Source: Planktothrix sp. GU0601_MAG3 | GTDB taxonomy: Bacteria > Cyanobacteriota > Cyanobacteriia > Cyanobacteriales > Microcoleaceae | Direction of reading: 5' to 3' | Assembly (NCBI GenBank): GCA_035193785.1 | Contig: CP136572.1 | Coordinates: forward strand, 3,860,578 to 3,924,577 | DNA length: 64,000 nt | Shown here: piece after piece, positions 54,714 to 62,670 of the stretch | Layout of the letters: every line of letters begins with the position of its first letter | How positions within the stretch are numbered: position 1 is the stretch's first letter | Notes under the pieces: generated by a model | What the model was told of the DNA's origin: nothing | Seen by the model: the letters and a program-made list of their open reading frames with translations, nothing else | The model's database searches: none | Program-made: the position numbers and the translations under genes

Positions 54714-55080
54714 TTAATTTTGTTTTCGCAGTTGGGTCACAATATCTTGATATTTTTCAGTGGGTACTGGAGCAAGATGGGTGGGATTTTTAGCGATCGC
54801 CTGTAGAATATTTTGACAATTTTGACAACGATTTCCTTCCCAACAATAGCAATTTTTAACGAAGTTCAGTAATAAACTTTGCAATTGTTGATTTTGGTCT
54901 AACAAAGCCTGATAATTGCGCTGAAACCGATTGCACAACTAAAGATAAATGCTTAATATCTTCACCGATATTTTCCAAATCCTGCATCGTATCTTGACGG
55001 ACTTGATAGGTTAATTCACGGGTTTGGATGAATTGATTTTCAACCGAATCACCGGGTTTTAGGGGAATCGTTTTTTTCAT
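54714..55080 (-). CDS. Coiled-coil protein with CxC-x4-CxxC putative Zn site (apparent frameshift near 54925)
   Basis: The repair gives VVQSVQRNYQALL...CYCWEGNRCQNC, 121 aa. Confidence 0.78.
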
Positions 55081-55144
55081 GTTTTCCTAGAATGAAAAAA
55101 TAGGGGGCGGGAAAATGCCCAAATATTCACCCGCCCTGAATAAC

Positions 55145-55840
55145 TTACACAGCAACCGCATCTAAAGCCGGAGGTAATGCTACCTCTTGCACAGAATTTA
55201 ACATCAATTCAGAATGTTCCTCTCCCTTAGCATGAGCCGCCATTAAACAGGCAATTTCATGGGGGGGTAAATTATCTAAACAGACCATTTTTCGCGTTCC
55301 TTCTAAGTCAATCATCCGTGATAAATTACTCGAATCAGATAAAACCGCCGCGGCTTGTTCCACAATCGACCAATCCGTGCGTTCCTGCCAAGACCATTTT
55401 AAACTATAATAATTAATGGGTTTTACAACTCCATTTTCATCGGGTTTCTGGCCGGAATGTTTGGTGAATTCAGGCATAAAAATTCCCGTTGCGGGTTCCA
55501 CACCTCGGGCTTGAACCGAAGCAACTAAACGGTTAAAATCACTCAATCCCCGGGATTTCAAATAAGTCACCATCACCACACCTTTTGGCAATTCTCCCGA
55601 TTCCGCTACGAACCAAATTTGTCCCCATAAAGTGTGTTCTGTTTGTCCTAAACTACCAAAAAATTTGCTAAATTTTAGGATAGTCATAGAACATTTAGAA
55701 CCATAATCCGTGTCTCCAATTGTCCACTGTCCCGCCTGACAATTATTGCGAACAGCAATCGGAATTTCAGGCACTAATAGGGCTTCTTTCGGTTTTGCCC
55801 CAAAAACAGTAAAGGTTGCTTTTTCTAAGGTTTTAGTCAT
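55145..55840 (-). CDS. Hypothetical beta-rich protein, possible phage/plasmid-type ssDNA-binding protein
   Basis: 231-aa ORF with aromatic-rich beta-strand patterns and an acidic low-complexity tail. The function is inference only. Confidence 0.7.
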   Translation of the reverse strand: MTKTLEKATFTVFGAKPKEALLVPEIPIAVRNNCQAGQWTIGDTDYGSKCSMTILKFSKFFGSLGQTEHTLWGQIWFVAESGELPKGVVMVTYLKSRGLSDFNRLVASVQARGVEPATGIFMPEFTKHSGQKPDENGVVKPINYYSLKWSWQERTDWSIVEQAAAVLSDSSNLSRMIDLEGTRKMVCLDNLPPHEIACLMAAHAKGEEHSELMLNSVQEVALPPALDAVAV

Positions 55841-55948
55841 TTTATTTTCCTTGATAATTCAGAATTTTTGCACTAAGTTTCCCTATCAAGGCGAGTTAAG
55901 AGGTATCTGCATTTTCTCGCCTCAATTGTAGTTAAGTTGGAAAATATC

Positions 55949-56209
55949 CTATCGAATTAAATGGGATTGTTTTTCCGGTTCAGGATAGGTATATAAAGGC
56001 TGTTGTTGAGCTTTAAGAAGGTTTAAAACCCCCAATAAATGCTCTAATAAATGGGTATGGGCGGTGGTAAAATGAATACTAAATCCTTCCCCATCCCGGG
56101 CATAACCTGGACAGACTAAGGATGCAGAACTTTGTTCTTCATGGATGGCAATATAAAGCCAATCCTCGTCTTCTAATTTGTAATGGGTATCTGTCCAAGT
56201 TCTGAGCAT
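55949..56209 (-). CDS. Small hypothetical protein, first gene of the operon
   Basis: A GGAGG RBS precedes the ATG of MLRTWTDTHY; 86 aa. Confidence 0.7.
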   Translation of the reverse strand: MLRTWTDTHYKLEDEDWLYIAIHEEQSSASLVCPGYARDGEGFSIHFTTAHTHLLEHLLGVLNLLKAQQQPLYTYPEPEKQSHLIR

Positions 56210-56342
56210 GGCATTTTCCTCCAGTATGGATTTGGGTTTTTTTACTAAAACCTCAATCCCCAATTAATCGGGTGATTAAAACACTCGATTCAGGTTGAAT
56301 CATTAGACCTTTACGACAAAAGCCACAAACCGCTTTTGGGTA

Positions 56343-56395
56343 TTGAACTTTTATTCAACTCCCCCTATCTTAGACAATGTTGATGTAATCGTCAA
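56343..56395 (-). promoter_or_regulatory. Sigma70-type promoter of the coiled-coil operon with overlapping inverted repeats (candidate XRE operator)
   Basis: The minus strand reads TTGACG-17 nt-TAAGAT. An imperfect IR TTGACGAT...ATTGTCTAA spans -35 to -10, and a second IR TTGAA-N6-TTCAA lies at 56343-56358. Confidence 0.7.
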
Positions 56396-56527
56396 GTCCC
56401 GGAGGAAAATTTTTTTGATCCCAGTTTCCCCATCTCTACCCTTGGTGACTCGTAAGGAGTAGACTGGTGGTAGTGGGTTGAAATTTTATTCAAACCAGCG
56501 TATCATCGGAATCGGGAGGAATGTACT

Positions 56528-56866
56528 ATGGAACAAACCTTTGGAAAGCTAATTCGTCAAGCGCGGAAAGAGAAATTCTACTCACAGCGGCAGTTAGCGG
56601 CATTGCTGGAAGTGGATTTCACCTATTTATCTAAACTAGAAAATGACCGGGCAGACTACTCTCCTAAAGAAGATGTAATTAGGGGTTTGGCGAGAAATTT
56701 GGGTTTGGATGAGGAGGAATTAATCTTTTTGGCGGGGCGAATACCTCAGCATTATGAGAAATTTCTCAAAGAAAATAATAAGAGTATGACGGCACTATTC
56801 CGCCGAATGCAAGAAAATCCGAACTTTGCCCAGCAAATTTTTGAGGCTGCGCGGGAGGTTGAATAA
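56528..56866 (+). CDS. XRE-family HTH transcriptional regulator
   Basis: FGKLIRQARKE..SQRQLAALLEVDFTYLSKLEND; GGAGG RBS. Confidence 0.93.
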   Translation: MEQTFGKLIRQARKEKFYSQRQLAALLEVDFTYLSKLENDRADYSPKEDVIRGLARNLGLDEEELIFLAGRIPQHYEKFLKENNKSMTALFRRMQENPNFAQQIFEAAREVE

Positions 56867-57502
56867 GTGAGTATCCTGAAACCCTATCGCTTTTATCGTC
56901 GAGAGTCGATTGAGCGTCGGGCAAATGAGATTTTGCGACGGATGCAAGCCACACCCAATTTTGCCCCAGAGTGGCCGTTTGAGGCTTCTTTGGTGGCGGA
57001 TTTTCTCGATTTAGGGGTGGTTTGGGATTGCATTCGGCCCGATGAACAGGGAGCGATCGCGGCTCGAATTTTGCCCACAGAAAGACTCATCGAAATTAAC
57101 GAAGAAATTCAAGACAAACCCAAGGGCTTTATTGAGTCTACCATTGCCCATGAAATTGGTCATTGGGTATTACATATTGATCATGATCAATTAGAGTCTG
57201 GCGGGTCAGAAACTGCGGATAATCTATCAGATGAACCCTTTGTTTGTCGGGCTACCATTGAAGATGCCCATTTAGCATCTATTGAATGGCAAGCGCAATA
57301 TTTTGCTAGTTGTTTATTAATGCCTCGCCCGATTTTAGAAGCTAAACGAGTCGGTCGAGATTTAACCAATTGGCAACACCTTTATACCATGAAAGATGAG
57401 TTGGGGGTGAGTATTTCTAATTTAACTAATCGCTTACAGGAATTAGGTTGGATTTCTATTCCTAAAGGAGAACGCACGATTTACCCGGGAAAAGCTGCCT
57501 AA
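56867..57502 (+). CDS. ImmA/IrrE family Zn metallopeptidase
   Basis: TIAHEIGH (HExxH) and EWQAQYFASCLLMP. The GTG start directly follows the XRE stop. Confidence 0.92.
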   Translation: MSILKPYRFYRRESIERRANEILRRMQATPNFAPEWPFEASLVADFLDLGVVWDCIRPDEQGAIAARILPTERLIEINEEIQDKPKGFIESTIAHEIGHWVLHIDHDQLESGGSETADNLSDEPFVCRATIEDAHLASIEWQAQYFASCLLMPRPILEAKRVGRDLTNWQHLYTMKDELGVSISNLTNRLQELGWISIPKGERTIYPGKAA

Positions 57503-57561
57503 AATATCGTTTCAAGGCTCCCGCCTTGGAATGATTTTATAGAGGCTTTTCTCCTTTCTAT

Positions 57562-57696
57562 ATGACTGAGAAGTCGCAAAAAGCCGTGCAAAACCGAATG
57601 GCAGTTGAAGCCTTTTTGACTAATGTTGACCTTTATTTTGTAGATGAAGAAACTGCTATTATTTACAGTAGTATAAAAGCAATGGATATGATATAA
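57562..57696 (+). pseudogene. Internal fragment of a VapC/PIN toxin
   Basis: EKSQKAVQNRMAVEAFLTNVDLYFVDEETAIIYSSIKA resembles the middle of a PIN domain; both ends are missing. Confidence 0.55.
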
Positions 57697-57729
57697 TAAT
57701 TAATACTTAAAGTAAGGAGAATATCAATC

Positions 57730-58035
57730 ATGGCTCGAAAAGTCTTAGGTATTCATTTTGTTTGTAGAAATGGGCTTAATATTGAAGAATTAGGGGACGG
57801 TAGATTCAAAAGTGGGGATTGGAAAGTATCGGAAGAAACTGCTAATACCGCACTCTATTTAGCACTTCACGACCAGAAAAATCTTCACTCTTATAAACAA
57901 GGAATAATTGAAAGTTGGGAACACTATGAACGTGACGGAGGCAGAATCATTTTTTATGTAAAAGAATTTGATAGACCGCTAGAATGGGTCGGTGATGGAA
58001 CAGGAGAAAAAGGATATTGTTGGTCAGAGAACTAA
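57730..58035 (+). CDS. Hypothetical protein
   Basis: 101-aa ORF with AAGGAG RBS and an upstream TGATATAAT element. Confidence 0.75.
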   Translation: MARKVLGIHFVCRNGLNIEELGDGRFKSGDWKVSEETANTALYLALHDQKNLHSYKQGIIESWEHYERDGGRIIFYVKEFDRPLEWVGDGTGEKGYCWSEN

Positions 58036-58088
58036 GGTGATATGAATATAAGGTAACAGTGTAGAATGGTAGAAAGGAGAAATACAAG

Positions 58089-58316
58089 ATGAACATTTCT
58101 ATCATCGATGAAGTTGTTGAACAGCTAAAAGTCATGCCGGAGGATTTGCAATGGCAGGTACTCGAATTTGCGCGAACATTAGTAAAAACAGAAGTTCGGG
58201 GGACGACAGGGCACAAATTGCTCTGTTTTGCTGGCTCTATTCCTCTTGATGACCTTGAATTTATGCGTCAAGCAATTGAGCAAGATTGTGAAAGGGTAGA
58301 TATTAATGAGTGGTAG
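58089..58316 (+). CDS. Putative antitoxin of a VapBC-type pair
   Basis: FAGSIPLDDLEFMRQAIEQDCERVDINEW; overlaps vapC. Confidence 0.75.
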   Translation: MNISIIDEVVEQLKVMPEDLQWQVLEFARTLVKTEVRGTTGHKLLCFAGSIPLDDLEFMRQAIEQDCERVDINEW

Positions 58317-58587
58317 ATACTTGTTGGATACCAATATCATTACTGCTCTTTTTGCCGATGAAACTGTAATCAAAAATAACCTAGCTCAAGCTGATGAGGT
58401 TTTTATTGCCAGTATTACTATTGGCGAATTGTGTTACGGTGCTAGAAAATCAGGACGAATTCAAGCAAATTTAATCAGAATTCAGCAGTTAGTTTCTAAC
58501 AGTACAGTGCTGGTATGTGATAGTGAAACTGCTCAGGAATATGGCGATATTAAAAACAGGTTAAGACTTCTTTTCCAGGGCTGGTAG
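58306..58587 (+). pseudogene. vapC: 3'-truncated VapC toxin
   Basis: YLLDTNII, ITIGELCYGA and YGDIKNRLR are present. The ORF ends before the NDxWIAA and VTRD motifs. Confidence 0.75.
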
Positions 58588-58640
58588 AGCCACCCTAATT
58601 ACATTTCTAGGTAGAACCTAGAAACGAGGTTAAAACGAGG

Positions 58641-59210
58641 TTAAACGAGGTTAACATCTTCATAAATATCAACCAAGGATAAGGTTAAATTTAAACTTTG
58701 CAAAATAAAAGTTACCTCGCTGGGGTTATAGGTTTGAAAATACCATCCTCCTTTTTTATTGCGTCGGAATATTTCGACTCGTTGGTGTTTTGTATTTACT
58801 AAAACATATTCTTCCAGACTATCTAAAGTTTGGTAGTCGTTGAATTTATCCCCTCGGTCAAAAGCTTCGGTACTTTCAGAAAGCACTTCAATAATTAGTT
58901 TGGGAAAGCGTTTATAAGTAGAGGTTTCTTGGTCTTGGGGGTGACAAGTTACCAGAATATCAGGATAATAAAAACAGTTACATTCTTCGAGACGGACTTT
59001 AATATCTGCAAAATAAACGCGACAATCTTTTCCCCGTAGGTGAGAGCGAATTAAGCTGGCAAAGTTTAAAGCAATGGTATTATGGGTATCGGTTGTTCCC
59101 GCCATTGCATAGATTTCACCATTAATATATTCATGTTTGATGGTGTTTTGGGTTTCGATTTCTAGGTATTGTTCTGGAGTTAGGGAAAGATGGTCAGAAA
59201 GGGCAATCAT
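58641..59210 (-). CDS. Uma2 family putative endonuclease (DUF820)
   Basis: HEYINGEIYAMAG, YYPDI, IIEVLSESTEAFDRGDKF and EYVLV. Confidence 0.93.
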   Translation of the reverse strand: MIALSDHLSLTPEQYLEIETQNTIKHEYINGEIYAMAGTTDTHNTIALNFASLIRSHLRGKDCRVYFADIKVRLEECNCFYYPDILVTCHPQDQETSTYKRFPKLIIEVLSESTEAFDRGDKFNDYQTLDSLEEYVLVNTKHQRVEIFRRNKKGGWYFQTYNPSEVTFILQSLNLTLSLVDIYEDVNLV

Positions 59211-59258
59211 TGTTTTGATATTCCTATTTTAATTTAAAATTAACATTGATAATCTTAA

Positions 59259-59775
59259 TTAAACAACAGGTTCAATAAAGCGTTGATTAGCCCTAATAAA
59301 AAACGCCCCGCCTTGATAGGAAACTACTAACCAAGGTTTACCAACCTGATCAAATTTAATCGGATAACGGTAATCTGGATGGGGGATTAATACCGTACCC
59401 GTGGGGAAACTGGTATCAATATTATAGTTAAAACCTGGGCCGCTACGAGCATTTAATTTTTTAGCACAAATCACTTGCCATTGTTGCCAATTTCCATTAG
59501 TAAAATCCCCTAACTCATTGGGAATAGGAGATTGTTGAGATTGAATGGGATTAGACTTTTTAATAGCTGCTACAGCTTGTTTAATTTTAAGGTGAGTAGC
59601 ATCCCCAATGATTCCATCAATTGGTAATTCCATTTCCTCTTGAAAGGCTTTAACAATGGTTTCCAAATTCTGATCAAAAGGCATTCCCAACCGACCAATA
59701 CTATAGCCCAACTGTTCTAACTGATATTGAATTTCTCGAACCCTAGCCCCGGGTTTCACCGCGTTTTAAAATCAT
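59259..59775 (-). CDS. Peptidoglycan-binding domain protein with SH3b-like C-terminal domain (apparent frameshift near 59755)
   Basis: MILKRGE-GARVREIQ, VKAFQEEMELPIDGIIG and LNARSGPG. Confidence 0.82.
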
Positions 59776-59926
59776 GTTTAACTTCTCCTCTCAATGTTCC
59801 GGTTTTATGTTAACATATAGAAATATTAAATAACCCTTAATATTATCTTCTCGATATTAAATCATTCTCTCGACTCGGTTAACAAGACGTATCCCCATTT
59901 TAAGTTTGATAAATTAGGTTAACACC

Positions 59927-61153
59927 ATGGATAGACGGCAATTTCTAAAATTTGTAGGAATTTCGGGTACATCAGCGATCGCAACTTTAGGGACTCACGG
60001 ATGGATTAGCAAAAGCCTGGCCGCTTCCCCCGGCTCAAAACGCTTAATTGTAATTTTTCTCCGAGGTGGAATTGATGGTTTAAATGTGGTGGTTCCATAC
60101 TCCGAACCCGCATATTATGCCGCCCGTCCAGTGATTGCCATTCCCAAACCCGGAACCGAAAAAGGGGCGTTAGATTTAGATGGATTTTTTGGGGTTAATC
60201 CGGCTTTATCATCCCTAATGCCTCTTTGGAAACAAAGCAATTTAGCTTTTGTTCATGCCACGGGTTCTCCCATATCCAACCGTTCCCACTTTGAAGCCCA
60301 AGATCAGATGGAAACGGGAACCCCCAATAGCCACAAAACCCCCGATGGCTGGATGAACCGTTTATTAGGGGTTTTACCCGGACAGACTCCCGTTGAAGCC
60401 GTCAGTGTGGGAACTGCAATTCCCCGCATCCTCTCCGGTTCCCAGTCCGTCGCCAATATTACCCTCAATTCCAATAGTACCCGGGAACTCCCCATTGATC
60501 GAGATCAGGTTAAAGCCGCCTTTGATCAACTTTATGCCAGTAACGATGCCCTCAGTTTAGCCTATAGAGAAGGTCGGAGCGCCCGGGAACAACTGCTGAA
60601 GGAATTGGACGCGGAAATGGAAGCCGCTAACCAAGGTGCGCCCTTACCCAAAGGATTTGCGGGGGAAGCCCGACAACTGGGGAGTTTGTTAGTCAGAGAT
60701 CCGAGAATTCAACTGGCCTTTATGAATCTGGGAGGCTGGGATACCCACGTCAGCCAGGGGGGAGCGACCGGACTTTTAGCGAATCGGTTAACTTTTTTAT
60801 CAGAGGGATTATCGGCCTTAGTGGAACGGTTGGGGGATGTTTATGGGGATACAACGATTGTGGTGATGTCCGAATTCGGGCGCACGGTTCAGGAAAATGG
60901 CAATGGCGGGACGGATCACGGCTATGGGAATGTGATGTGGCTCTTGGGTGGGGCGATCCAAGGGGGAAAAGTTTATGGGGAATGGCCAGGTTTAGCTAAA
61001 TCGGAGTTATTTGAACAACGGGATTTAAAGGTAAAAACAGATTTTAGAGAGGTAATTGCTCAGATTTTAGCGAGCCAATTTAAACTCAATTCTCAGCAGA
61101 TGGGTCGGGTTTTTCCCGACTTTACCCCCTCTCAAACCGTTAGTCTAATCTGA
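59927..61153 (+). CDS. DUF1501 family protein with Tat signal
   Basis: MDRRQFLK, LRGGIDGL, RSHFEAQ, GGWDTH and SEFGRT..GTDHG. Confidence 0.92.
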   Translation: MDRRQFLKFVGISGTSAIATLGTHGWISKSLAASPGSKRLIVIFLRGGIDGLNVVVPYSEPAYYAARPVIAIPKPGTEKGALDLDGFFGVNPALSSLMPLWKQSNLAFVHATGSPISNRSHFEAQDQMETGTPNSHKTPDGWMNRLLGVLPGQTPVEAVSVGTAIPRILSGSQSVANITLNSNSTRELPIDRDQVKAAFDQLYASNDALSLAYREGRSAREQLLKELDAEMEAANQGAPLPKGFAGEARQLGSLLVRDPRIQLAFMNLGGWDTHVSQGGATGLLANRLTFLSEGLSALVERLGDVYGDTTIVVMSEFGRTVQENGNGGTDHGYGNVMWLLGGAIQGGKVYGEWPGLAKSELFEQRDLKVKTDFREVIAQILASQFKLNSQQMGRVFPDFTPSQTVSLI

Positions 61154-61271
61154 AATTGAGATTCAATGTTAGAAAGTCAGCAAAATTTGGTAGATTATTA
61201 AAATATTCTAAAACTACGGGATTATCTGCTAAATTGCTGATTTCTGTTTTCAACTTATACACTTGGATTTC

Positions 61272-62478
61272 ATGGCGAAAAGTTCGTGGCGATATGGTCT
61301 TTCAAAAGGCACTAAACAAATACTGAAATCAGTTGCTCTAATGATTTTAGGTCTGGGGTTGATAGTTTTATTATCCGCCCACCCTGGGATGGCGAATGCT
61401 CCCAAAATATTTCCAGAAATTCGCGGGGTTTGGGTGACAACAAATGATACGGATATTGTTAGAGATCATACTAAATTACAGGAAGCCGTTAATCAACTAG
61501 CACGACTCAATTTTAATACTATTTATCCGGTGGTTTGGAACTCAGGCTATGTATTTTATCCGAGTATGGTTGCTCAAACAGGAGGGTTTCAACCATTTAT
61601 TCGCAAAGGTTTACAGGGACAAGATATTTTAGCAGATTTAATTAATTTAAGTCATCAAAAAGGAATATTAGTAATTCCTTGGTTTGAGTTTGGATTTATG
61701 ACCTCGCCGTCTTCGGAATTAGCCTTAAATTATCCCCAGTGGTTAACCAGTCGCCAAGATGGAATTCAGACCTGGGAAGGCGCCGCCGGAGAGGTAGTTT
61801 GGTTAAATCCCTTTCATCCAGAAGTCCAACAATTAATTACTAATTTAGTATTAGAAGTTATGACCCAATATCAGGGGGATGGTATTCAATTTGATGATCA
61901 TTTGAGTTTACCGATTGAATTTGGTTATGATCCCTATACGGTTAAGTTGTATCAGCAACAGACGAATTCACTTCCTCCGAAAGACCCGAAAGATCCTGCT
62001 TGGGTGCGTTGGCGTGCGAATAAAATCACCGAATTTGTGCAAAAATTGAATAAAACCGTAAAAGCGAAAAACCCTAAAGCGATTTTTTCTATTGCTCCTA
62101 ATCCCTATCATACCGCTTATAATAGTCATCTTCAAGATTGGGTTGGTTGGGTGAAAAAAAATCTAGTTGATGAGTTAATTGTGCAGATTTATCGACCCGA
62201 TTTACCAAGTTTTGTTAGAGAATTAGTTAAGCCAGAAATTCAAGCAGCGCGGGGTAAAATCCCGACGGGAGTGGGGATTTTAACCGGATTAAGAAATCGA
62301 CCGATCGGGATGCAACAAATTCAAGCTAAAATACAAGCTGCGCGTCAAAATGGCTTAGGGTTTTCGTTCTTTTTCTATGAAAGTTTATGGGATGAAGCTC
62401 CTGAAACCCGCCAATGAAAGACAAGCAAAATTTCAATCCCTATTCTATTATCCAGCTTCGCGGGCATTTCTGAGATAA
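61272..62478 (+). CDS. Glycoside hydrolase family 10-like (GHL10/DUF187, YddW-like; apparent frameshift near 62405)
   Basis: EIRGVW, IPWFEFG, WLNPFHPEV, DGIQFDD and QDW. Confidence 0.9.
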
Positions 62479-62601
62479 TCTTTAAAATAGGCAATAGGGA
62501 ATGGAAAATGGGCAATGGGTAATAGTGATTGATTTTTCAATTGTTCTAAGATGCTTAAAAGCTTATATCTTCCCCATTCCCAATCACCAATTTAAGAGAA
62601 T

Positions 62602-62661
62602 TACGCAGATTAACACAGATTAAAATCCGTGAAATCCGTGAAATCCTCTTAAATCCGTGAT
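62602..62661. repeat. Short intergenic repeat (CAGATTAA / AAATCCGTG units)
   Basis: AAATCCGTG occurs three times after ACGCAGATTAACACAGATTAA. Confidence 0.7.
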
Positions 62662-62670
62662 CCCCGTTAC

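Larger units (their letters stand above)
57507..58627. mobile_element. 1.1-kb segment bounded by about 27-bp inverted REP/MITE-like ends
   Basis: Left end TCGTTTCAAGGCTCCCGCCTTGGAATG (57507-57533). The reverse complement of the right end is TCGTTTCTAGGTTCTACCTAGAAATG (58602-58627). Confidence 0.5.

Noticed and set aside
56210..56303. Longer frameshifted N-terminus for the 55949 ORF
   Set aside because: No GAAC-type site is present, and a strong GGAGG RBS supports the ATG at 56209.
52043..59210. Prophage or ICE around the ImmA/XRE pair
   Set aside because: No integrase, relaxase, terminase, structural genes or att-like repeats are visible.
1357..62478. Mass pseudogenisation or programmed frameshifting of more than 20 genes
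   Set aside because: The breaks hit conserved housekeeping genes, always as +1 in the same 4-mer on either strand and with no accompanying nonsense decay. A systematic sequence error explains this better.
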